A model generated the notes under the pieces. It did no database searches and was not told where the DNA came from. It saw only the letters and a list, made by a program, of their open reading frames with translations. A program made the position numbers and the translations under genes. From Octopus sinensis (lineage: Eukaryota), in NCBI RefSeq assembly GCF_006345805.1, contig NW_021834599.1:1-46635 (forward strand): DNA of 46,635 nucleotides, given 5' to 3'. Positions 14,301 to 27,050 of the stretch are shown piece by piece (the first letter of the stretch is position 1; each line of letters starts with the position of its first letter).

Positions 14301-17300
14301 AGCTAATGCGGAAACTAGGGATTGACGAGCGATTATAAGAGTTGAAGAGGCCCTGTAGTAAGGTGAGGATCGGCAATGAGTATAGTGAAGAAGAATTCTG
14401 GATAGAAGTAGGAGTTCACTAGGGATCATTCCTGAACCCCTCATTTTCATCATAGTCCACCAGGCAATAACAGAAATGAAAAATTAAAAGCAATTCAAGA
14501 TCGAAATCAAAATGCAAATTGGAGTTGTGACCGATGCCAGTGCCGCCTGACTGGCACCTGTTCCTGTGTCACGTTATAAGTACCATAGAAGCATAGGTCC
14601 TTGTCACTGCCGCCTGACTAGTTCCCTGTGCCGCTGGCACGTAAAAAGCACCATCCGAATGTGGTCGATGCCAGCCCCCACCCCGACTGGCTCCTGTGTC
14701 GGTGGCACGTAAAAAGCACCCACCACACTCTCGGAGTGGTTGGCATTAGGAATGGCATACATATGTGGAAACCTTGCCAGATCACATTGCAGCCTGGCGC
14801 AGCCTACTGCCTTGCCAGTGAAATCGTCCGACCCATGCCACGATAAGAAATGGATGTTAAATGATGATGATGATGAGTTCTCTGACCAAATGACAAAATT
14901 AACTCTATTGTGTCTTCTAATTTGAACATTATTACCAACAGCATTAACCTCAATGGGTGTTTCATAAACTCTCAGTAAATCGATATCTCTAATTCAATTA
15001 TTATACAGATAATTGTTCAATTGGAAAATAGGAAAGGAAGCTGTTTTCAGTTATTCTTTCGAGCACAATATACTCGGGGGAAGAAAACCTTACAGAAATC
15101 AATTGGGAACTATTATTTTATACTCACCTATTGCCTGAGATGCAGCCCCTAATTCCTGACATGTAGCCTCTGTTTGTACACACCTGTCCTCACACTTTGG
15201 AGCCCCTGAAATAAATATTTCCAAGTTTTACATTTAATAATAAACTTTCTTTATCTTTATTTTTATTAAACTCTATCTTGTTATTGTGAGACATTCAATT
15301 CCTGTCGTTACTGGTCAAATGTTGACCATTATGGTTTTGGTCAATATTTCTGTACTTTCTACAGTGGTCCCATGTAATAGCCCAATATGTCCAAAATAAA
15401 ACAGACTAACATTCCTATATCCACCCTCTCTCTCTCTCTCTCTCTCTAAGAACACATTAAATATTCTAACAATGTACCAATTATCTCATTTAATTAACAC
15501 TTGATAAGAGTTTTCTCTTAGCTTTGTCTTTCTTTTCTTATAACTGTGCCAAATCTATGGCATGGCACAGTCCTCTCATCTCTAGAATTCACTAATCAAC
15601 ATTCCTCTCTAATTAAGTAAAACTGAGGTCATAAAGACATGTCCTTTATGTGCATACCATCCACCCCGCATACAATCTGTCCCCTAAAAATCATCTCCAC
15701 AAGCCAAATTCCATACACCCTTCCCCAACATGATCCCTAACAAGATATAAAATGTAAGGTGAGGGTACAGGATGTTCCTATGACAAAATAAGTTTACATT
15801 TCATACATAAATATGTAAGAGAGTTAATGAATTATAGCTTATTAATTATCATGATAATTGGGTATATATGTGATACAATGGCACTGTGCTTGACGGTGCA
15901 ATACTAGATATCAATATAGATTGTATATAATCTGAGTAAAGAACATATAACCTTCATTACTATGAATATGATTGTGTCTCAGCACAGCTAATATTATGGT
16001 AGTTCCATGAGCAAACGAAGAAAGATATAACCAAGTCCACTGCCAAATACTAATGATTAATTCATTTCCTGGTCAAATAAGAATGACTATCATTCATTAA
16101 ATAATTTGAACGCAACGATGTCAGTGTGCACACAAGGCAGAGTGAAGAGGCCTGAGAGAAGTGTTAGACATAAGAAGCATCAGATGTGGTGTACAAGAGA
16201 GACAACTGCACTGGTATTGTCATGTGTATGGATGAGGAGAGCTGTGGGAAGAAGTGTTACACCCTAACAGTGGAACGAACCCGTGGAAAGGAGTGACCCA
16301 GGAAGACAGGGCATGACGTGGTGAAACGACCTTCGAATGTTGGGCCTCACAGAGGTAATGGCAAGAGACAGAGACCTCTGTAAATATGATGTGATTAAGA
16401 GGACTCGGCAAGTGAAGTGAGATCACAGCTGTAGCATATACCAGTGGCGCATAACCAGCCCCTTTTAAAAGTACCCTTGAATCACAGAGTGATAAGTTGC
16501 GCTTGAGAAGAATTTCTGAGTCAAGTAAAACCAAAAACCAGAAATCACAAATCAAAATCAAATCAAGATCGAAATCAAAATGCAAATTGTAATTATGGCT
16601 GATGCCAGTGCCGCCTGGCTGGCACCCGTGCCGGTGGCACATAATAAGTACCATTCAAACGTTGTTTGTTGCCAGTGCCGCCCGACAGGTTCCCTGTGCC
16701 GGTGGCACGTAAAAAACACCATCCGAACGTGGTCAATGCCAGTTCCCACTTCAACTGGCTCCCATGCTACTATAAAAACGGACGTTAAACGATGATGATG
16801 AGGAGGAGGATGATAATGATGATGATGATGATGATGATGATGAGTTTCGTGACCAAATGACAATATTAACTCTATTGTGTCTTCTAATTTGAACATTATT
16901 ACCCACAGCATTAACCTCAATGGATATTTCATAAACTCTCAGTAAATCGATATCTCTAATTCAATTTTTATACAGATAATTGTTCAATTGGAAAATAGGA
17001 ATGGAAGCTGTTTTCAGTTATTCTTTCGAGCACAATATACTCGGGGGAAGAAAACCTCCAAAATGTGAGGACAGGTGTACACACCGTCCTCTTTATTTTT
17101 ATTAACCTCTATCTTGTTATTGTGAGACATTCAATTTCTGTTGTTACTGGTCAAATGTTGACCATTATGGTTTTGGTCAATATTTCTGTACTTTCTACAG
17201 TGGTCCCATGTAATAGTCCAATATGTCCACAATAAAACAGACTAACATTTCTATATCCACCATCTGCCTCTCTCTCTCTCTCTCTCTCTCTCTCTAAAAA

Positions 17301-20300
17301 CACCTTTGGGAACGAACCCGTGGAAAGGAGTGACCCAATTGGGAACTGTTATTTTATACTCACCAATTGCCTGAGATGTATCCCCTAATTCCTGACATGT
17401 AGCCTCTGTTTGTACACACCTGTCCTCACATTTTGGAGCCCCTGAAATAAATATTTCCAAGTTTTACATTTAAAAATAAACTTTCTTCATCTTTATTTTT
17501 ATTAACCTCTATCTTGTTATTGTGAGACATTCAATTTCTGTTGTTACTGGTCAAATGTTGACCATTATGGTTTTGGTCAATATTTCTGTACTTTCTACAG
17601 TGGTCCCATGTAATAGCACAATATGTCCACAATAAAACAGACTAACATTTCTATATCCACCATCTCTCTCTCTCTCTCTCTCTCTCTCTAAAAACACCTT
17701 AAATATTCTAACAATGTTGCAATTATCTCATTTAATTAACACCTTGATGACAGTTTTCTCTTAGCTTTGTCTTTCTTTTCTTATAACTGTGCCAAATCTA
17801 TGGCATGGCACAGTCCTCTCATCTCTAGAATTCACTAATCAACATTCCTCTCTAATTAAGTAAAACTGCGCCCATAAAGACATGTCCTTTACGTGCATAC
17901 CCCCCACCCCGCACACAATCTGTTCCCTAAAAATCATCTCCACAAGCCAAATTCCATACACCCTTCCCCAACATGATCCCTAACAAGGTGTAAAATGTTA
18001 GGTAAGGGTATACGAGGTCCCTATGACAAAATATGTTTATATTTCAGACATACAAATGTAAGAGAGTTAATGAATTATAGCTTATTAATTATCTTGATAA
18101 TTAGGTATATATGTGATACAATGGCACTGTGCTTGACGGTGCAATACTAGATATCAATATAGATTGTATATAATCTGAGTAAAGAACATATAGCCTTCAT
18201 TACTATGAATATGATTGTGTCTCAGCACAGCTAATATTATGGTAGTTCCATGAGCAAACGAAGAAATATATAACCAAGTCCACTGCCAAATACTAATGAT
18301 TAATTCATTTCCCGGTCAAATAACAATGACTATCTTTCATTAAATAATTTGAACGCAACGATGTCAGTGTGCACACAAGGCAGAGTGAAGAGGCCTGAGA
18401 GAAGTGTTACACATAAGAAGGATCAGATGTGGTGTACAAGAGAGACAACTGCACTGGTATGGTCATGGTATGGATGAGGAGAGCTGTGGGAAGAAGTGTT
18501 ACACCCTAACAGTGGAAGGAACGCGTGGAAAGGGGTGACCCAGGAAGACAGGGCATGACGTGGTGAAACGACCTTCGAACGTTGGGCCTCACAGAGGTAA
18601 TGGCAAGAGACAGAGACCTCTGTAAATATGATGTGATTAAGAGGACCCGGCAAGTGAAGTGAGATCACAGCTGTAGCCTATACCAGTGTTGCATAACCAG
18701 CCCTTTTTAAAAGTACCCTTGAATTACAGAGTGATAAGTTGCGCTTGAGAAGAATTTCTGAGTCAAGTAAAACCAAAAACCAGAAATCACAAATCAAAAT
18801 CAAATCAAGATCGAAATCAAAATGGAAATTGTAATTATGGCCGATGCCAGTGCCGCGTGGCTGGCATCTGTGCCGGTGGCACCATAATAAGTACCATTCA
18901 AACATTGTTTGTTGCCAGTGCCGCCCGACTGGTTCCCTGTGCCGGTGGCACGTAAAAAGCACCATCAGAACGTGGTCAATGCCAGCCCCCACCCCGACTG
19001 GCTCCTGTGTCAGTTGCACGTAAAAGGCACCCACCACACTCTCGGAGTGGTTGACGTTAGGAATGGCATACATATGTGGAAACCTTGCCAGATCACATTG
19101 CAGCCTGACGCATCCTACTGCCTTGCCAGTGAAATCGTCCGACCCATGCCACCATAAGAAACGGATGTTAATGATGATGATGATGATGATGATGATGAGT
19201 TCTGTGACCAAATGACAATATTAACTCTATTGTGTCTTCTAATTTGAACATTATTACCAACAGCATTAATCTCAATGGGTATTTCATAAACTCTCAGTAA
19301 ATCGATATCTTTAATTCAATTATTATACAGATAATCGTTCAATTGGAAAATAGGAATGGAAGCTGTTTTCAGTTATTCTTTCGAGCACAATATACTCGGG
19401 GGAAGAAAACCTTACAGAAATCAATTGGGAACTATTATTTTATACTCACCTATTGCCTGAGATGCAGCCCCTAATTCCTGACATGTAGCCTCTGTTTGTA
19501 CACACCTGTCTTCAAACTTTGGAGCCTCTGAAATAAATATTTCCAAGTTTTACATTTAAAATAAATTTTCTTCATCTTTATTTTTTAAACTCTATCTTGT
19601 TATTGTGAGACATTCAATTCCTGTCGTTACTGGTCAAATGTTGACCATTATGGTTTTGGTCAATATTTCTGTACTTTCTACAGTGGTCCCATGTAATAGC
19701 CCAATATGTCCACAATAAAACAGACTAACATTCCTAAATCCACCCTCTCTCTCTCTCTCTCTCTCTAAAAACACATTAAATATTCTAACAATGTACCAAT
19801 TATCTCATTTAATTAACACTTGATAACAGTTTTCTCTTAGCTTTGTCTTTCTCTTCTTATAACTGTGCCAAACCTATGGCATGGCACAGTCCTCTCATCT
19901 CTAGAATTCACTAATCAACATTCCTCTCTAATTAAGTAAAACTGAGTTCATAAAGATGTCCTTTATGTGTATCCCCTCCACCCCGCACACAATCTGTCCC
20001 CTAATAAACATCTGCACAAGCCAAATTCCATACACCCTTCCCCAACATGATCCCTAACAAGATATAAAATGTAAGGTGAGGGTACACGATGTTCCTATGA
20101 CAAAATAAGTTTACATTTCATACATACAAATGTAAGAGAGTTAATGAATTATAGCTTATTAATTATCATGATAATTGGGTATATATGTGATACAATGGCA
20201 CTGTGCTTGACGGTGCAATACTAGATATCAATATAGTTGTAATACTGAGTAAAGAACATATAACCTTCATTACTATGAATATGATTGTGTCTCAGCACAG

Positions 20301-23300
20301 CTAATATTATGGTAGTTCCATGAGCAAACGAAGAAAGATATAACCAAGTCCACTGCCAAATACTAATGATTAATTCATTTCCTGGTCAAATAACAATGAC
20401 TAACTTCCATTAAATAATTTGAACGCAACAATCAAGACCAAAGGGTGAAACACTCAGAAAACTGTGCCTCTTTTAGCAATAATATCATCTAAAATCTAAC
20501 AAGTGTGAGAAAAAGAATGACTATATGGATGGTAAATGTTGTTCAAACAATGTAATAAGTGTATATTATATATAGTTACAAACAAAGATATGTGTATTCA
20601 AGTCATATTCAATTTCTGATCGTATATTTTGTATAAACACCAATAATTTGTTTAAATATAAACATATATTCACGGTTCAATACTAAATTTAACATGTAAT
20701 AAAATTAAGTTCATGATGAATATTCTTATACAGAGTTAACATTTAATTATAATTTTCTAATTTGCAACTTCAAAATGTATTCTAACCAGAGACATTCAGG
20801 GTACACAACCCCAGAAAATACAAAATATTACGACAGACATCTGGCTACATAACAACATCAAGAATAACCTATCAGAAAACTTACGAAAGATCTTAGTAGA
20901 AAAACAAACAACTATTTTATTAATTCACGAGTTTACACCTAAAATAATAAATTATAGTTCCATCTTCCAGAAGACAATATTAACTCTATTGTGGCTTTTA
21001 ATTTATCCATTTTACCAAACATGTTAAACATGACTTTATGAAATTTCAGTAATATTTTTAATACAATTACTTTAGAGCTAACCTTTCAAATGGAAATTAG
21101 AGATGGGATTTGTTCTCCACCATTCTAATACGCAAAATAGCTGAGGTGAATGTAAAATCTATAGAAATTAATTAAGATCTCTTATTTTAAACTCATCAAC
21201 TGTCTCTGCCACAGTCTGCACTCCCTTCTCTTCAAACTTTGGACTCTCTGAAATATGTGTCTCAAGTTTTATATTTATTTATAGCACAAGTTCTTTATTT
21301 ATTTAATAATCTATATTTTATTAATGAGAAACATTCATACCATCAATGGCCAACCGGCGATCATAATTGTTTTGGTCAATATTTTTATACTTTCAACAGT
21401 GGACCCATGTAATAGCCAATATTTAGCTCCAAAACGAACTCTAGTTGATCTTTGTAAATTTCCTCTCTCTGTAAGATATCCTACATAATCTAACAATGCT
21501 GTAATTATATCACTTAATTATCACCTAATAACAGTTAATCTGTAGGGTTTGGGTTCCTTGCTTATATCTATGCCAAATCTATTGCCTTTTCAAAACCCTG
21601 ATCTTCACTAACAACCTGTTTGATTCCAGTGTCAAAAATTTATTCATCAAAGAATAACAACAAACACATGTCACAACCACTTCAAGAAGGAGAAACATAC
21701 ACCTGATCTCTTTGTTAAACATTGTTGCTGATAATCCCTAATTTTAACTTCACAGTTCACCAGAATGTCATCTCATTCAAGATATATTTGAAGGTTTCAT
21801 GATCTGGTTGGAATGTGACACTCAAGTCAGAACCAAAACCTAAATTTGAGAGACGGACAAAACAGTGTCTCTGTTAGCCTTGATATCACCCAAAGACCAA
21901 CACAGCAACATGGAGTTGCGTGTTGAAGTCTCAAACACAGGTGACACATACATTTTACTCCTTTAAAATATTCTACTAAATTTAATACTTTACCAAAGAT
22001 GACACTGATGTCCTTGTAAGTACTGTTGTATTTACTTATCTTCTAACAACTCATAATTAATTATAGTGTTGATGGAGATTTATTGATACTTCAGTTACTC
22101 ACTAATTATCTTGCAGAATCTTCCATTATCTTTACGTTGCAGACTACAACCCTCTTGAAGTGTGACATGTTTCCTACTTGGATAAGGTCAATGTTTGGTG
22201 GATGTAGTGTGAGAGATATACTATTACAGAGAACAGACACTAGGAACACCTTTTATCATAAATCTGCCAGATTATGGCAGACCTCTGTCTACATAACAAC
22301 ATGAAGTATATTATTCTACACAATAAGGGCAATGGGACAAGCAGGACAAACAGACAGATCAGCAGAGATTTTCTTACCATCTCCAGTTCTGCTCGTTACA
22401 GGTTTCCCGCACTTCAGACATCGTTGAAGTGTAACGTTTGAACATCCCTTACATATTACAAGGTGTCCACATGGATGGACTTTTGTTGTGGCCGCTTTAT
22501 TTCTGCACCACAAACATCTGTGGACAAAACAGAAATATCCAATCAATAACATTCATTTATAACAAATATTATATTATTTACATGTTCGGAATAGAGAATA
22601 TTATTATAAGATACATCAGTAACTACCAAGAGTAGAGCAGGAACTCTTCTTTAAACATTTACATACATACAGCATTTTGTGTAGTTAAATGACGCAGAAA
22701 CACACACACACACACACATACATACACACACATGCATACATACATTGATAAATGTTTGTCTTGACCCTGACACATCATAGAAATTTGTTGACACACAGTG
22801 AACTGCATATATTCCAGAAATATATTTCACTTCTAACATCGAACTCATTTCTTCTGAAGAAATATATCTACACAGGTTTCTTTATATACACATACTGTAT
22901 TGTATACATCCCGTCAACACAGATTAGCAGATGAGGTTTCCAGCACTGCAGAGTGGCAGAAATTACCCGAAACTAGTACTGGTCAGCTAGACACATCCCT
23001 AGAAGATGGTAGGGGTTCGCTCCCCTGCTCGCAATTTATCGGATGCAGTTCCGCATTGTTAACCAACTGGAGGAGTTGTTCTCTTGGGGTTCAAAATTCG
23101 CAGTGGAGTCCATTGGAACAGATAGTCACGCTGGCGTGGCCTACGAGTATTACTTATATATATACATATACATATACATATACAGAGAGAGAGAGTGAGA
23201 GAGAGAATTCACGAAAAGAAAAAACAAGACGAAGACAAGTAGTGTAGACAACAAACATATGTATAAGTTTAACGCTCGGGAAGTGAAAAAGTCTTTAAAG

Positions 23301-26300
23301 TTTCGAGCCTACACTCTTCAACAGGAAGGAATACAGAAGGAAACAAGGAGAGAAAATAAAGAATGTGTAGTGGCTAGCGATCTATCATATATGTATATAT
23401 ATATACATATTCAATTCAATTCAATATTTTTTTCAATTCATTTTTTTATTGGCTCAAAAAGCGAAAGCAAGGTTATGTAGGAGGACAGGGAGTTATGTAT
23501 AGAGAGGGTGGTCATACAAAGAGTTCAGACCATTTCTGGTCAATAGAGACTTTGAACCGAGCGGTCGTCGACATCTTCACTATGTCGTCCGGCAGCTTAT
23601 TCCACGGATCCGCAACCCGGACGGAGAAAGCCCCTCTCCTTCGATTGAGATGAAATTGTCGTAGATAGAGCTTTTCGGAATGACCCCGCAGCCGACGCTC
23701 TGGAGCAGGAGTAAAGAACTGCTCTTTCGAGAGGTTACACTTTCTGCTTATGATGTTGTGAGCAAGAATGAGATCACCACGGCGTCGTCGTTTTTCTAGA
23801 GAATAAAGGTCGAGCGTCTTCAGCCTTTCTTCATAAGACAAATGCTTAAGACCAAGAACCATGCGGGTAGCCAGCTTCTGGACTCTTTCGAGATTCTGTA
23901 TGTCTTTGAGGAGATAAGGAGAAGAGGCTTGAATCCCATACTCCAATATGGGTCTCACCCGCGTGACATAGAGTGGTAGGAATATGGCTGCTGTGAGCAT
24001 TCCGAATGACCGTTGAATCAAGAACAGAATTCCGCGTGCTTTGTTGGCAGCATGGACGCACTGGGCCGAAGGCGAAAAGGAGGAATCCACCAAGATACCC
24101 AGGTGCTTTACCTGATCGGTCATCTCCAGCAGCAGACGACCCGGCTCGAAATCAAGTTGAGTTGCAGGAGGAGAGCCAGCAGGCAGATGACCACACTTTG
24201 ACACGTTCAGACACAGGTCCCGTTTGTTTGACCACCTCCGAACTTGGTGGAGGCATCGACGAAGATCCTCTATATCACTGCGAGGAGCAACCAGTTTGAC
24301 ATCGTCGGCAAATAGAAGGGTGTGTTGCGTGAGGTCGTCGGGCAAGTCATTTATGAAGACTAAAAATAATAACGGCCCAAGCACTGAACATTGAGGCACG
24401 CCACTGCTCACACTGGAGACGTCGGACCGCGAACCATTAAATTGGACTTGGAAGGAGCGATCTGAGAGGAAGGCACCAACCCATCGTACAATATCCGGAT
24501 GGAAACTATATGCTTGAAGCTTGACAAGTAATAGGCGGTGGTTAACCGAGTCAAAAGCATTGGCAAAGTCCAATAAAACGATGTCAACAGCATCACCATC
24601 ATCCAGGATACGCGCCACCAATTCTTCCATTACCAGAAAGCTGGTCAAGCATGATCTCTTCAGCACGAAGCCGTGTTGGGAATCAGAGATAGAGGCTGTG
24701 TTTTGGAGGTGGAGCAACATACTTTTCTTAAGGATGGTTTCGACTATCTTGCTGAATATTGAAGTAAGGGAAACCGGTTGGTAGTTAAGTGGGTCTTTGC
24801 GGCACCCTTTCTTGAAAATAGGGCAGATTATCGCTGTTCTCTAGTCCGCAGGTACAACACCCGTCGCTAATGACATATTGAATAGAAGTGTTAAAGGTTG
24901 GCAGATGACCGGAGCCAACGCTTTGATAACCTGTGGGTGTATGCCATCAGGGCCGTGACCCTTGTTGATATCGAGGCCTTAAATAACGCGTTCGACTTCG
25001 TCCCGAGTGATGACCAATCTAGGCATTGGAGGTACCCATCTATCAAATGGAGGGGGTTCACGACCATCATCTTGTTTGAAAATTGTCGAAAAAGCCTCGG
25101 CAAATAACTAACTCTGCTGATAAGGGTCCTCAATCGATACACCTGTTGATTATGTGTCACGATGCTTCCCCTTTATTGATGGCGTCGTATATTTGTTCCT
25201 TAAACGTGACATCTTCTTTTCTACTACATTAAATTTTTCTCCTCTTCTAATTTGGCTGACTACAAAACTATGGAAAATTGCCACTGTCATTTCCTTATCC
25301 AAGAAGGGTATTAAAAAGGTGACCCCTTAATAACTACCAATTATTGTCCAATCATTTTCATTAGCTGCCTCATCAAATTTATGGTGTTCTGTGACAGAGA
25401 GAGATACTTTGAAGAATCTGGAATTCACATAACCTTATTCCATCCTCACAATTTGGATTTTTCCCTAATTCTAGCTGCTGTAACCAACTCACAGAATTTC
25501 TTCAAGACAATCACCTAAATAACATATTGTGGCTTTTGGGTAGATGTTATTTACCTCGACTTCACCAAAGCCTTTAATTCTCTGCCACACAAACGAATTA
25601 TGTTGAAGCTGTCTGATTTTTGGGTGAGGATTAATTTACTTAAATCTCTGATGTCGTTCATTCTTGCTTAACAAGAAGTAGTCACAGTGTAATGATACTA
25701 TAGAATCACACCTGAAGATTGGTAGGATCTGTTTTAGTCCATTGTTGTTTCTGGAAATGTATTAATTTAATTGATGCCAAACTGAAGCAGGTTACTCTAC
25801 GCTACAGATCATTGCTTCAGCCTCATCTGGACATTTTGCAGCAAGGTGCTATCTAAATCAAGCTAGTTGTAGATAGGTGCACCACTATACATTATGGAAG
25901 GTAAACAATTTCCTCCACAACACCCAACTTCAGAAGTCTACTGGTGAACTGGACCTCGGGATTAATGTCAAGAAGGACATTTGACGGATGATTCCCATTC
26001 CTAAAGTCATCAAAAAGATCGAAAGTATCTTAGCATCTCTCTGAAAACGCTTTGTCTTGCACTTTGTCAAGTTGTCTATTTAAAGTTACGTATGGGAAAT
26101 GGTATGTCCAAACTTACGGTATTCACCTCCAATCTGGAACCCCATCCTGTCTAGAATATTACGTACAGCTAGGCAAATACACTCTGTCACTCACCATATC
26201 TTGAATGTATTGTTTCTCTCGGTATCATCTGAGTACATTAAAATTTGGATGTCTAACAGCTGACTCAGTGGAATCCCACAAGAATATCCACCATCTTCCC

Positions 26301-26987
26301 AACAACAACTTTGGTAATCGTTTTGAAAGCAATTTCTCCAACACCAGCAGACATGCTTAGAACAAAGAGAAAAGCAGTGCAGCACCCATGACTTTCAGAA
26401 ATATTTTTCGCTGTTCAGAATTTTTGAAGCATGAAATAAACTGATATCTCTTGTTAGATATCAGGACACTGCATTCTTCAAAACTTCCATATTTCCTGAA
26501 ATTCCCTAACACTCTTCCTGATGTACCTATGTCTTCTTTCTTTGATATAACTCTTTTACTGTTTCCCTCCTTTCGGGTTGTTTTATTATATGTATCGTGC
26601 ATCTACTTCTAGCTTCCATTGCTGCCTTTCTTTGACTAATTGCAGTTTTCTGTCCCCTATTTTGCCCCTTTCCAGTAACTTCAGCTGCGCTCTATAGACA
26701 TTATATTATTATTACAACATTCACATAAACGATCATTTGTAAAAGTAGAGAAAATCTTCTGAGGCTTGTCAATTGAAGAAAACAGATCTATATTTATGCA
26801 GACCAAAAATCAATATCTCTGAACAATAGGCGCAGGAGTAGATGTGGTAAGTAGCTTGCTTACCAACCACATGGTTCTGGGTTCAGTCCCACTGCGTGGC
26901 ACTTTCGGCAAGTGACTTCTACTATAGCTTCGGACTGACCAATGCTTTTTGAGTGGATTTGGTAGAGGGAAACTGAAAGAAGCCCAT

Positions 26988-27050
<63 letters not shown>

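Larger units (their letters stand above)
11360..21050. repeat. Recent tandem segmental array of 2.1-2.5 kb intron-exon units
   Basis: The marker tagatatcaatatag recurs at about 11360, 13435, 15905, 18148 and 20222, with hundreds of near-identical bases per unit. Older diverged paralogues lie at about 6640-7500, 9080-10200 and 20800-21750. Confidence 0.95.

Noticed and set aside
11674-19211. Repeated 65-177 aa ORFs such as [12 protein letters not shown]... and [10 protein letters not shown]...
   Set aside because: They are spurious or antisense frames of the duplicated RTE 3' fragment, and recur only because of the tandem duplication.
11360-21050. CRISPR-like or prokaryotic repeat system
   Set aside because: The units are kilobase-scale eukaryotic intron-exon duplications with no short repeat-spacer structure and no cas-like ORFs.
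26828-26900. tRNA-like A/B boxes
   Set aside because: This is a SINE head with no complete cloverleaf, not a tRNA gene.
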